A stretch of DNA of 64,000 bases from Anaeromyxobacteraceae bacterium (lineage in GTDB: Bacteria > Myxococcota > Myxococcia > Myxococcales > Anaeromyxobacteraceae): contig JAULAX010000010.1 of NCBI GenBank assembly GCA_032654565.1, positions 64,001 through 128,000 on the forward strand. The letters are read 5' to 3'. The translations under genes and the position numbers were made by a program. The notes under the pieces were generated by a model, which ran no database searches, was not told the DNA's origin, and saw nothing but the letters and a program-made list of their open reading frames with translations. How positions within the stretch are numbered: the first letter of the stretch is position 1; each line of letters begins with the position of its first letter. Positions 1 through 11,200 of the stretch are shown here, piece by piece.

Positions 1-47
1 ACCTGGACCCCGATCCGCGCGAGCTGATGCTCCGCAACCACGCCTGA
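1..47 (+). CDS. 3' end of a gene entering from the left window edge (..LDPDPRELMLRNHA*)
   Basis: GC3-rich codons ending in TGA at 45-47, 8 bp before the photolyase start. Confidence 0.55.
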   Translation, partial: LDPDPRELMLRNHA

Positions 48-55
48 GCCACCCG

Positions 56-1534
56 GTGAGCGTCCCCGCCGAGCGGATCCGGGTCGTCAACGCCGCGCCG
101 CCGCGGCCGGGCCGCTCGCGGGTGGTCTACTGGATGCACGCCCAGCGCCGGGTCCGCTGGAGCCACGCCCTGGAGCGGGCGGTCGAGCTGGCCGTCGAGC
201 TGGGGCGGCCGCTGCTGGTGGTCGAGACCATCGCCTGCGACGAGCCCTGGGCCTCCGACCGTCACCACGCCCAGGTGCTGGCCGGCATGGCGGAGAACCG
301 GCGCCGGCTGGCGAGGCGGCCGGTCGACTACCTCCCGCTGGTGGAGGGCGCCCCCGGCGGCGTGGCCGGCCTGCTGCGGGCGCTGGGGCCGCTGGCGTCG
401 GCGGTGGTGACCGACGACGTCCCGGGCCAGCCGGCCAGCGCGGTGGAGGCGCTGGGGCGCGACCTGGACGTCCGGCTCGAGGCGGTCGACGCCGCCACCG
501 TCTTCCCCTTCCGGCTCAGCGGGCGCGAGTTCCTCACCGCCTACCTCTTCCGCAAGCAGCTGCAGCGCCACCTGCCGCCCTGGCTGGACCGCCGCCCCGC
601 CGCCGACCCGCTGGCCGGGGTCCGGCTGGCGCCTCCGACGCCGCTGCCGCCCGGCCTGACCCGCCGCTGGCCGGCCGCCGACCCGGCCCAGCTGGCCGCG
701 CCCGGTCCGCTGCTGGCGAAGCTGCCCATCGACCACGCCGTGGCCCCGGCGGGGGAAGGGGGCTCGGCCGCCGCCGAGGCGCGGCTGGCCCGGTTCCTGG
801 CCGGCCCGCTCGACCGCTACCTCACCGATCGCGACCAGCCCGACCTCGACGGCACCAGCGGCCTCTCGCCCGCGCTGCACCACGGCCACCTCGCCGCCGA
901 GCAGGTGGTGGCGGCGCTGCTCGATCGCGAGGGCTGGGGCCCGGGGCGGCTCGGCGAGAAGGCCAGCGGCGGGCGGGAGGGGTGGTGGGGGCTGCCGCCC
1001 CCGCTCGAGGCCTTCCTCGACCAGCTGATCACCTGGCGCGAGCTGGGCTTCGGCTGGGCCGCCTTCCGCGCCGATCACCGCGAGCTCTCCTCGCTCCCCG
1101 CCTGGGCCCGGGCCACGCTGCAGCGCCACGCCGCCGATCCCCGCCCGCGCCGCTACCGCCGCGAGGCGCTGGAGCGGGCCGAGACCCACGACCCGCTCTG
1201 GAACGCGGCGCAGCGCCAGCTCCTCGAGCAGGGGGTCATCCACAACCGGCTCCGCATGCTCTGGGGGAAGAAGATCCTGGAGTGGAGCGGGGACGCCGCT
1301 GAGGCGCTGGCCACGCTGCTGGCGCTCAACGACCGCTGGGCGATCGACGGGCGCGACCCCAACTCGGCCAGCGGCCTGCTCTGGTGCCTGGGGCGCCACG
1401 ACCGGGCCTGGGGGCCGGAGCGGCCCATCTTCGGCACCGTCCGCTACATGAGCAGCGAGAACGCCGCCCGCAGGTTCGGGCTGGACGGCTACCTGTCCCG
1501 CTTCGGGCCGAGGCAGGACGGGCGGTCGCGGTAG
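56..1534 (+). CDS. Deoxyribodipyrimidine photolyase (class II CPD-like, FAD-binding)
   Basis: VVYWM N-terminus, TSGLSPALHHG, RMLWGKKILEW, DGRDPNS and ERPIFGTVRYM motifs. Confidence 0.9.
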   Translation: MSVPAERIRVVNAAPPRPGRSRVVYWMHAQRRVRWSHALERAVELAVELGRPLLVVETIACDEPWASDRHHAQVLAGMAENRRRLARRPVDYLPLVEGAPGGVAGLLRALGPLASAVVTDDVPGQPASAVEALGRDLDVRLEAVDAATVFPFRLSGREFLTAYLFRKQLQRHLPPWLDRRPAADPLAGVRLAPPTPLPPGLTRRWPAADPAQLAAPGPLLAKLPIDHAVAPAGEGGSAAAEARLARFLAGPLDRYLTDRDQPDLDGTSGLSPALHHGHLAAEQVVAALLDREGWGPGRLGEKASGGREGWWGLPPPLEAFLDQLITWRELGFGWAAFRADHRELSSLPAWARATLQRHAADPRPRRYRREALERAETHDPLWNAAQRQLLEQGVIHNRLRMLWGKKILEWSGDAAEALATLLALNDRWAIDGRDPNSASGLLWCLGRHDRAWGPERPIFGTVRYMSSENAARRFGLDGYLSRFGPRQDGRSR

Positions 1535-2244
1535 CGCCGCTCGAAGGGGACGTAGACCATGCAGCTGCGCTCGCTCCCCTCGCCGACGCAGACCTCCTGG
1601 CAGGTGGCGTAGCTGGAGCGGTGCGCCCGCAGCCGGGTGAGGCCGGTGCGGGTGTCGACCAGCCGGTCATAGGGGGACTTCCCCTTCAGGTCCTGCTCGC
1701 CGGCCGAGTGGAGGCTGGTGATGATCTCCGGCGGCACGCCCCCCGCCCAGATCCCGCGCCGGGCCGCCTGGGCCTCGCGCTGCGCCGCCAGCAGGGCGGG
1801 GGCGGGGCGGGCGTCGACGGCGTAGACCATGGCGTGGCCGGCCCGGACCACCGCGGCCGCGGCCTCGGGGCAGGAGACCAGGGCGCGGCCGTAGCCGTCC
1901 CGCTTCCCCTCGGTGGTGCAGGTCCAGGCGGTGCCCGCCAGCAGCGCCGCCGAGCCGCTGGCGATCGCCTCCAGCGGCGCCGGCCCCAGGGCGGCGATGC
2001 GGTGGACCGGCCCGAAGGCCTCGAGCGTGTTGTACCCCTGCAGCCTGGCGCCGAACCCCTTGAGCGGACCGGAGTCGACCTTGAAGGAGTCGCCGTCGGT
2101 CCAGCGGACCGCGGTGGGCTGCCCGTCGAGTATCACGTGGCCGGGGGCGCCGGGGCGCCTGCCGGCGGCCAGGGCCGGGTGAGGCAGCGCGGCCAGGAGG
2201 GCGGAGATCAGGGAGGCGGCGACCCGCCGGGCGGAGGCGTCCAT
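1489..2244 (-). CDS. Secreted thermonuclease (SNase-like) family protein
   Basis: Signal peptide; DGDS..RLQGYNT, DGYGRAL and AQREAQAARRGIW motifs; 3' end overlaps the photolyase 3' end. Confidence 0.8.
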   Translation of the reverse strand: MDASARRVAASLISALLAALPHPALAAGRRPGAPGHVILDGQPTAVRWTDGDSFKVDSGPLKGFGARLQGYNTLEAFGPVHRIAALGPAPLEAIASGSAALLAGTAWTCTTEGKRDGYGRALVSCPEAAAAVVRAGHAMVYAVDARPAPALLAAQREAQAARRGIWAGGVPPEIITSLHSAGEQDLKGKSPYDRLVDTRTGLTRLRAHRSSYATCQEVCVGEGSERSCMVYVPFERRYRDRPSCLGPKRDR

Positions 2245-2297
2245 GCGGCCACTCTACTCGCCGCACGGACGGGGGCCAGCGGGGGTCCGCGGCTTCA

Positions 2298-2327
2298 CCC
2301 CGAACCCCCGGCGTCGGGGGTTCGGGG
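2298..2327. repeat. Perfect 13-bp inverted repeat in a divergent intergenic region
   Basis: CCCCGAACCCCCG-gcgt-CGGGGGTTCGGGG. Confidence 0.8.
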
Positions 2328-2385
2328 GACGGCCGCGGCTCGCGATTTCTTGCACAGGTGGCGAGCGCAACGTTACGATTCCAAA

Positions 2386-3873
2386 ATGAAATTCGTCTGT
2401 GACCGGTGCGGGAAGAAGTACGCCACCGCGGGGGACCCGGCGCCGGGCAAGGTCTACAAGCTCAAGTGCAAGTCCTGTGGCCACCTCATCGTGGTCCGGG
2501 GGCAGGCGGGGACCATGACGGCCATCCCGGCCATCACCGCCGCCGAGCTGGCCGCCGCCACGCAGGCCCAGGCCTCGTCCTCCGAGCCCGGCCGCGATAT
2601 CGAGCTGCACATCGAGCCCGAGCCGATCCCGGTGGAGGCCATCGCCACCCCCTTGCCCGGCGCCACCCCGGCCTGGGGCGAGCTGCCGCCCGAGCCGGTC
2701 ACCGACGACGCCATCGAGCCCATGCCGTCCCCCGGCGCCGCGCCGGATCCGGCGCCGCTGCCGCCCGAGGTGGCCCAGGCCGTGGACCTGGCCGCCAGCA
2801 CCACCGGGTCGGAGCCGCCGTCGCCTTCCCTGGAGCTGGAGGACGGGCCGGTGCCCCCGGCGGCGTCGCTCGACCCGGCGCTGACGCCGCCACCGCCGGA
2901 GAAGGACGAGCTGGCCGACTTCGCCGCCGCTGCCGCCGAGGTGATGGCGGCGCCTCCCTTCGACGACCAGCACCGGCCGGCGGTGCCCGGCTACGTGGAC
3001 ATCTTCGGCGAGAGCGGCGTGATGAAGCCGGCCGGGGAGACCTTCGCCGCGGCCGCCCGCGCTTCGCTCCCCGACACCTGGTCCGGGGCCACGCCGAGCA
3101 TGGCGGCCCCCCCACCCCCGCCGCGGGTCCCCACGCCCCCTCCGCCGGCGCCGGCGCTGGCCCGGCAGAAGGCGCCCAGGAGCGGCCTCGGCGGCGTCCC
3201 CCTGGCCATCGTCGGGGTCGGCATGGTGGCGCTGGTGGCCATCACCGCCTACGCCCTGCTGAGCCACGGGGGAGCCCCCCCGGTGCCGGTGGCCACGGCC
3301 CCCCGGCCCGAGCCGAGGCCCGCGCCCCCCCCGCCGCCCCCGCCGGAGGTCAAGCCGCCGGCGCCGGTGGTGGAGCGGAAGGCCGAGCCGGTCCCCGAGC
3401 CGCGGGCGGAGGAGAAGCGGCCGGAGCCGAAGGCCGAGCCCCGGCCGAGGGCGCCGGAGCGGAAGGTGGAGAAGAAGCCGGAGCCCAGGGTGGTGGAGCG
3501 CAAGCCCGATCCGCCGCGCCCCCCGCCCGCCCCCGAGCCGCGCACCGAGACCCGCGACGTCGACCTGCCCGAGGCCGACGCGGCGCTCACCCAGGCGGTG
3601 GTCGACAAGGTGGTGGGGGCCAACCGCAAGGCCTTCAGCAGCTGCATCGCCAACGCCAGCGCCTCCGACGTCACCCTCGACGGCCGCCGGGTGGCGCTGC
3701 GCATCACCGTCAACACCAACGGCACCGTCACCTACCCGACGCTCGACGACCAGTCGCTCAACACCACCGAGATGGGCCAGTGCCTGAAGAGCGCGGCGCG
3801 GCTGATGATCTTCCCCAAGTTCAAGGGGGATCCCTACCACTACGAGGTGCCGCTGATCCTCAGCGGCAACTGA
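2386..3873 (+). CDS. Zinc-ribbon (MJ0042-type) / TM / Pro-rich / AgmX-PglI (TonB_C-like) C-terminal domain protein
   Basis: MKFVCDRC..CKSC at ATG 2386, one TM helix, Pro-rich linker, C-terminal domain with a Cys pair (SCI..QCL) ending YEVPLIL. Confidence 0.8.
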   Translation: MKFVCDRCGKKYATAGDPAPGKVYKLKCKSCGHLIVVRGQAGTMTAIPAITAAELAAATQAQASSSEPGRDIELHIEPEPIPVEAIATPLPGATPAWGELPPEPVTDDAIEPMPSPGAAPDPAPLPPEVAQAVDLAASTTGSEPPSPSLELEDGPVPPAASLDPALTPPPPEKDELADFAAAAAEVMAAPPFDDQHRPAVPGYVDIFGESGVMKPAGETFAAAARASLPDTWSGATPSMAAPPPPPRVPTPPPPAPALARQKAPRSGLGGVPLAIVGVGMVALVAITAYALLSHGGAPPVPVATAPRPEPRPAPPPPPPPEVKPPAPVVERKAEPVPEPRAEEKRPEPKAEPRPRAPERKVEKKPEPRVVERKPDPPRPPPAPEPRTETRDVDLPEADAALTQAVVDKVVGANRKAFSSCIANASASDVTLDGRRVALRITVNTNGTVTYPTLDDQSLNTTEMGQCLKSAARLMIFPKFKGDPYHYEVPLILSGN

Positions 3874-3886
3874 GCCGGCCCCACCC

Positions 3887-6800
3887 TCAGAACTGGATGG
3901 CGCGCGCCCCGGCCGCCTGGGCCCGGAAGCGCTCCAGCCAGCCGGCGCCGGAGAGCCGCTCCGCCAGCGCCACCACCAGGTGCTGCGGGGTGACGCCGAG
4001 CGGCTGGTTGCGCCCCAGCCCCTGCACGCAGGACGGGCAGTTGGTGAGGATGGTGGCGGACCGCTGGCCGTGCATGGCCTCGGCCAGCGCCCCGCGCTTG
4101 CGGTGGAGCATGGCGTCGGTGATGTCGGGGCGGGAGAGGGCCAGGGTGCCGGCCTCCGAGCAGCAGTGGCCGACCGGCTCCACCGAGGTGAAGCCGCCCA
4201 GCCGGGAGATCAGCGCGGTGGCCTGGCCGTCGAGCGAGTCGTGGCAGGGGGCGTGGTACAGGTAATCGCCGCTCCCCTCGACGCGCAGTCCGCGCTCGGC
4301 GGCGAAGCCGGCCACGTCCACCAGCCGGCCGCCGAAGAGGGTCGCCGCCCCCATCTGCTCCAGCCCCTCGCGGCAGGTGCCGCAGGTGATGACGCAGGCG
4401 TCGAACTGCAGGTAGGAGAACATCTCGCGGATCTGGCTGAAGAGGATGGTGTCGCGCAGCACCATCCGCGAGTGCTGGTGCTCGCGGGCGTTGGCGTGGT
4501 GGGGGAAGCCGCAGCAGAGGAAGGGCGGGGGCAGCACCACCCGGGTGCCGGTGGCGAGCAGCACGTGCAGCGCCGCCATGGAGATCTGGCTGTGCAGCCG
4601 CTCCGAGCCGCAGCCGGGGAAGTAGAAGACGGTGCTGGTGGCCTCGCCCTCCGGCTCCAGCAGCAGCACCTGGTCCGGCTCGCAGCCGGGCAGCACGTCG
4701 TGCAGGGTCTCGGCCGGCACCGGCGGCACCGGTGAGCGCAGCAGCTGCAGCGGGTAGAAGTCGGGGGCCCGGTCGGCGGGCTGGAAGGGCCGGGAGAGGG
4801 CGCAGCCGGCCCGCTGCGCCGCCCCGCCCAGCCGCACCACGGTGGCGCGGAAGGCGGCGTTGAGCGCCGGCGAGCGGCTGTCCAGGTAGCGCAGGGTGGC
4901 GGCGGTGGCGCCGGCGGTCCGCTTCTTCCCCAGCGAGCCGAGGATGGACCGCTCCAGCACCGAGACCTCGCCGGTGTCGATGTCCACCGGGCAGGGCTTG
5001 AGGCACTTGTGGCAGATGGTGCAGTGATCGGCCACCTCCTCCAGCCAGCGCAGCAGCTCGAAGCGGGTCGACCGCTCGCGCTGGGCGTCGTAGAGGAGCG
5101 CCTCGATGAGGGCGCCGATGGCCAGGTTCTTGTTGCGGGGGTGGAAGAACATCCCCCGGGCCGGGTGGTAGACGCAGCAGTCGGGCTTGCACTTGCCGCA
5201 GCGGACGCAGTGGGCGATCGACCGGGCCAGCTCCTCGAGCTGGCCGTGCTGGAGGATGCGGGCCTCCAGCTCCAGCAGGTTGAAGGAGGGGGTGAAGACC
5301 CGGTCGAGCACGTCGAGGTCGTCGAGCTTGCCCGGGTTCATCAGCCCGTGCGGATCGACCTGCTGCCGGTGGGCCCGCAGCTCCTCGACGCGGCGCGGCT
5401 CCAGGTACTTGAGCTTGGTGACGCCGATGCCGTGCTCGCCGGAGACCACCCCGCCCAGGGCCATGACCCGGGCCATCACCGTGTCGATGACCTGGTCGCA
5501 GCGATCCAGCATGGGCCGGTCGTTGGAGAGGACCGGCACGTTGACGTGCACGTTGCCGTCGCCGGCGTGCATGTGGGTGGCGATGACGATGCGCCGGTCG
5601 CGGACCTCGCCGTGGATGCGGTCGAGGGCGGCGGAGAGCTTGGGGTAGCCGCGCACCAGCTCGGCGAGGTCGCGGCGCAGCTCGGCCACCACGGTCACCG
5701 CCCGCAGCACCTGGACGTCGGCGCCGGCCAGCGCGGCGCGGGCCTGCTGGCAGCGGGCCAGGGCGGCCGGGATCTTGGCCAGCAGCCACTCCGGGTCGTC
5801 CCGCCCGGCGCTGGGCTCCTGCAGCAGGGCCTCGGCGCGGTCGACGAACCGCCCCTGGGCGTAGCGCTCCTCCTCGACGTTGAGGGCGTCGGTGAAGCGG
5901 GCGAACTCGGCCAGGGCGGTGAGCGGCAGCACCACGTCCTCGTTCATCTTGAAGGCGTTGGTGCGCCGGGCGATGGCGCCCAGCTTCTTGCGGTCGGCCC
6001 AGAACTTCTTCCCCTCGGCGGCGTCGCGGGCCTCGAAGAGCAGGGTGTTGGGGTGGGGCAGGAGGATGGCGCGGATGGTGGCCACGCCGCGGGCCACCTC
6101 CTCGGGGGCGTGGCCCACCACGTCGATGAGCAGCACCGCCTTGGGGGTCTCGGCGCGCGGCGCCTTGACCTCGTAGCCGATGGCCCGGACGTACTCGTCG
6201 TCGAAGTGCTCCAGCGCCATGAGCGCCTCCTTCCCCTGGTTGGGGAAGGGGAAGGCGCGGGAGAGGTCGAGGATGACCCGGCTGGCCTCCTCCATGTCCG
6301 GGCCGAAGAACTCCAGGCACAGGGTCCGCTTCGCCTCGTACTCCGGGTAGAGGATGAACTCGGCCGAGGTGATGACCCCGTCGGTCCCCTCCTTCTGCAG
6401 CCCGGGGACGCCGCCCAGGGCCTTGTTGGTGATGTCCTTCCAGAGCCCCTTCTTGCGGATCTCGCCGCCGGAGAGGGCGATGCGCCGCAGCGCGGCCCCC
6501 GCCTCGTCGACCACCTCGAAGGTGACGGTGTCCTCGGGGAGGATCTTGCGGAGCTGGTGGTCGGTGCGCCGGATGGTCCAGCGCCGGCCGCTGGGCATGG
6601 CCATCCGCCAGGAGAGCAGGTTGTCGATGCAGGTGCCCCAGAGCACGCAGTCCTTGCCGCCGGCGTTCTCGGCGATGTTGCCGCCCACGGTGCAGGCCCA
6701 GGCGCTGGTCGGATCGGTGGCGAAGACCAGGCCGCGGTGCTCGGCGTACTCCATGGCCTTCTCGGTGATGACGCCGGCCTCCAGCTCGAGGACGTGGGCC

Positions 6801-7520
6801 CGGCCGGCGCCGCCGCCGTGGAGCGGGAGCTCGCGGGTGGTGAGCCCCCGGATGCGGTTGAGCTTCTCGGTGTTGACCACCACGCAGTCGGCCCGCAGCG
6901 GCACGGCGCCGCCGGTCAGGCCGGTGCCGGCGCCGCGGGGGATGGCCTTGAGGCCGAGCCGCTGGATGGGCCGCCAGCGCCGGGGCCACCTGGGCCTCGT
7001 CGTCGGGCATCACCACCGCCACCGGCAGGTGGAGCCGCCAGTCGGTGGCGTCGGTGGCGTGGGAGACCAGCGTGAAGGGATCGAGGAGGACGTTCTCCTT
7101 GCCCAGCACCGCCCCCAGCTCGCGCACCAGCCGCCGGCGCAGCTCGGGCAGGCCGTCGATCTCGGCGCGGAAGCGGGTCACCAGGGCCCGGCAGGCGGTC
7201 AGCACCTCCTGCACCAGCGGCTCGCCGGCGGCGCTCCGGTCGATGACCGCCAGGTCCTTGTCGATGTTCTCCAGCAGCCGGCGGCGGCGCCGCGGCGAGT
7301 CGACCAGCTCCTGCAGCAGGAAGGCGTTGCGCCGGTGGACCAGGATCTCGCCCAGCACCCGCATCAGCAGGCGGGCCGAGCGGCCGGTGACGCGCCGGCC
7401 GCGCAGCGTCTCCAGCCTGGTCCAGACCTCGGCGCCGAGCAGGAAGGTGACGGCCTGGCGGTCGTCCGCCGAGGTGTAGTTGAACGGGATCTCGCGGAGG
7501 GTGGCGGCGGGTTCGGTCAT
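3887..7520 (-). pseudogene. Large FAD-linked oxidase / Fe-S oxidoreductase (DUF3683-type, about 1210 aa) split by a +1 frameshift at 6968-6970; may be a sequencing error
   Basis: N-part REIPFNYTS..ATDWRLHLP in one frame; IPRGAGTGLTGG, HAGDGNVH, GEHGIG, CxxCxxC ferredoxin motifs and CCG motifs in another; one extra base joins them. Confidence 0.8.
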
Positions 7521-7670
7521 CGTCTGGGGGGCGGGCCGCCGGGATGGGGCCGGGGGGCGGAGGATACCATCGCCTCCCGGGGCTCGTCGCGCCGGCGTGG
7601 CGCCGCCGTCCACGGGGGGCTTGCCATCCCGGGGCCGGCGGTGGTCTGATCCTGGGCACGGGGAGCCCGC

Positions 7671-8087
7671 ATGCCGTTCGTCTGGTCGTCCAGCCTGGAG
7701 CTCGGGATCGAGGAGATCGACGAGCAGCACCGCGAGCTCTTCCGCCGCGGTGAGCGGCTCTACCACGCCATGCGCCAGGGGGAGCCGGCCGGCGCCGAGC
7801 TGATGCTGGCCTCCTTCCGCGACTTCGTCCTCTCCCACTTCGAGTTCGAGGAGCGCTGGATGCGGCGGGCCGAGTTCCCGGCGCTGGACGGCCACCGCGA
7901 GCAGCACCGCGACTTCGCCGACCGGCTCCACCGGGTGACCGGGGAGTACCGGCGTCACGGGCCGACCGCCGCCGTGGCCGACACCCTCCACGTCTGGCTG
8001 GAGGCCTGGCTGCGGGATCACATCGGCGGCGACGACCGGATGCTGGGGCGCTGGGCCACCACCCACGGCGCCTCGCCGTCACCCTGA
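7671..8087 (+). CDS. Bacteriohemerythrin
   Basis: W..LGIEEIDEQH, HFEFEE, H..H, WLRDHIGGDD iron ligands. Confidence 0.92.
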   Translation: MPFVWSSSLELGIEEIDEQHRELFRRGERLYHAMRQGEPAGAELMLASFRDFVLSHFEFEERWMRRAEFPALDGHREQHRDFADRLHRVTGEYRRHGPTAAVADTLHVWLEAWLRDHIGGDDRMLGRWATTHGASPSP

Positions 8088-8237
8088 GCGCCGGTCCCGC
8101 CGGGGGGCCGGTGCGCCGAATCGCCGCGCGGCGTCGCGAAGTCCTCGACTTCCCGCGAGCCGCCGTGCTCTCCTTGGACTCCCTGGTCGCACCCGTTCGA
8201 AGGCGCCGGCCCCCCCGGCCCACCACCTGGAGTCGTC

Positions 8238-11200
8238 ATGACGGTCCCGTTCCGCAGGGTCATGGCCGCCAACCGCGGCGAGATCGCCATCCGCATCTTC
8301 CGGGCCTGCACCGAGCTGGGCATCCAGACGGTGGCCATCTACTCGGAGGAGGACCGGCTCTCGCTGCACCGCTACAAGGCGGACGAGGCCTACCTGGTCG
8401 GCAAGGGCAAGGCCCCCATCGACGCCTACCTCGGCATCGAGGAGCTGGTGGGGCTGGCCAAGCGGCTGGAGATCGACGCCATCCACCCCGGCTACGGGTT
8501 CCTCTCCGAGAACGCCGACTTCGCCGAGGCCTGCGAGCGGGCCGGCATCGTCTTCATCGGCCCCACCGCCGACATGCAGCGGAAGCTGGGCGACAAGGTG
8601 GCGGGGCGCAAGGCGGCCACCGCCGCCGGGGTGCAGGTGGTGCCGGGCACCGCCGAGCCGGTGCTGCACGACGAGGAGGCGCTGGTCTTCGCCCGCCAGC
8701 ACGGCTACCCCATCATCGTCAAGGCGGCCGGCGGCGGCGGCGGGCGCGGCATGCGCGTGGCCCGCAACCAGAAGGAGCTGCTGGAGGGGCTGACCAGCGC
8801 CAGGAGCGAGGCCAAGGCCTCCTTCGGCAACGCCGCCGTCTTCCTGGAGCGGTACATCGAGCGGCCCAAGCACATCGAGGTGCAGGTGCTGGGCGACCAG
8901 CACGGCAACCTGGTGCACCTCTTCGAGCGCGACTGCTCGGTGCAGCGGCGCCACCAGAAGGTGGTGGAGTTCGCCCCCTCGCTGGCCATCACCCCGGCCC
9001 AGCGCGAGGCCATCTGCGGCGACGCGCTGAAGATCGCCCGCTCGGTCGGCTACCGCAACGCCGGCACCTGGGAGTTCCTGCTCGACCAGGAGGGGCGCCA
9101 CTACTTCATCGAGGTCAACCCGCGCATCCAGGTGGAGCACACCGTCACCGAGCTGGTGACCGGGCGCAACCTGGTGCAGGCGCAGATCCTGGTGGCCCAG
9201 GGGAAGAAGCTCTCCGACCCGGAGATCGCCATCGGCAGCCAGGCCGACGTGCAGATGCGCGGCTTCGCCATCCAGTGCCGCATCACCACCGAGGACGCCC
9301 AGAACGGCTTCGCCCCGGACTACGGGGTGCTCAAGGCCTACCGCTCCCCGGGCGGGGCCGGGGTGCGGCTCGACGCCGGCTCGGCCTTCGGCGGCGCCGT
9401 CATCACCCCGCACTACGACTCGCTGCTGGTCAAGGTCTCCACCTGGGGGCTGCGCTTCGACGCCGCCGCCAGCGTCATGCGCCGCTGCCTGGCCGAGTTC
9501 CGCATCCGCGGGGTCAAGACCAACATCCCGTTCCTGGAGAACGTGATGCGCCACAAGGTCTTCCTCGAGGGCCGGTGCGACACCTCCTTCATCGAGGCCC
9601 ACCCCGAGCTGATGGTGGTGCCGCAGAAGAAGGACCGGGCCACCCGGCTGCTCAAGTACCTCTCCGAGGTCACCGTCAACGGCTCGCCCGGCGTGGCCCG
9701 GCCGCTCAAGCCCACCGAGCTGCGCGAGGCGCGGGCGCCGCAGGTCGACCTGACCCGGCCGCCGCCGCCCGGCACCCGGCAGATCCTCGACCAGCGCGGC
9801 CCCGAGGGGCTGGCGAAGTGGGTGCTGGAGCAGAAGGGGCTGCTCTTCACCGACACCACCATGCGCGACGCCCACCAGTCGCTGCTGGCGACCCGGGTGC
9901 GGACCCACGACCTGCTCAAGATCGCCCCGGCCACGGCGCGCCTCGGCGCCGGCCTCTTCAGCCTGGAGTGCTGGGGCGGCGCCACCTTCGACGTGGCCAT
10001 GCGCTTCCTGCGCGAGGACCCCTGGGCCCGGCTCCACGCGCTGCGGGCCGAGATCCCCAACGTCCTCTTCCAGATGCTGCTGCGCGGCTCCAACGCCGTC
10101 GGCTACACCAACTACCCCGACAACGTGGTGGAGAAGTTCGTCCACGAGGCCGCCACCAGCGGCGTCGACGTCTTCCGCGTCTTCGACTCCCTCAACTGGA
10201 CCAAGGGCATGACGGTGGCCTGCGAGGCGGTGCGCAAGGAGGACAAGGTCCTCGAGGCGGCGCTCTGCTACACCGGCGACATCTCCGACCCCACCCGCAC
10301 CAAGTACCCGCTGGCCTACTACGTGAACCTGGCCAAGGAGCTGGAGCGGATGGGGGCCCACATGCTGGCCATCAAGGACATGGCCGGCCTGCTCAAGCCC
10401 TTCGCGGCCGCGCAGCTCGTCAAGGCGCTCAAGCAGGAGGTGGGCATCCCCATCCACCTGCACACCCACGACACCGCCGGGGTCTCGGCCGCCACCATCC
10501 TCGAGGCCACCCGGGCCGGGGTGGACGTGGTCGACGCCGCGCTCTCCTCGCTCTCCGGGCTGACCGCCCAGCCCAACCTCAACTCGCTGGTGGCGGTGCT
10601 GGCCGGCAGCGAGTGGGACTCCCGGCTGGACCAGGACGGCCTGCAGCAGCTGGCCAACTACTGGGAGGGGGTGCGCGAGTTCTACGCGCCCTTCGAGTCG
10701 GGGCTGAAGAGCGGCACCGCCGAGGTCTACCGCCACGAGATCCCGGGCGGCCAGTACTCCAACTACAAGCCGCAGGTGGCCGGGCTGGGCCTCCTCGACC
10801 GGTGGGAGGAGTGCAAGGACATGTACCGGAAGGTGAACCTGCTCTTCGGGGACCTCATCAAGGTCACGCCCTCGTCCAAGGTGGTGGGCGACATGGCCAT
10901 GTTCCTGGTGAAGAACAACCTGCAGCCCGAGGACCTCTTCACCGAGAAGGGGAGCGACCTGGCCTTCCCGGAGTCGGTGGTCGGCCTGGCCAAGGGGATG
11001 CTGGGCCAGCCCTACGGCGGCTTCCCGCCGGCGCTGCAGAAGATCATCCTCAAGGGGGTCGAGCCCATCACCTACCGGCCCGGCGAGCTGATCGAGCCGG
11101 CCGACCTGGAGGCGGAGCGCGCCAGGGCCGTCGAGAAGACCGGGGCGCCGGTGGACGACAAGGCCCTGGCCTCCTGGCTGCTCTACCCCAACGTCTACCC

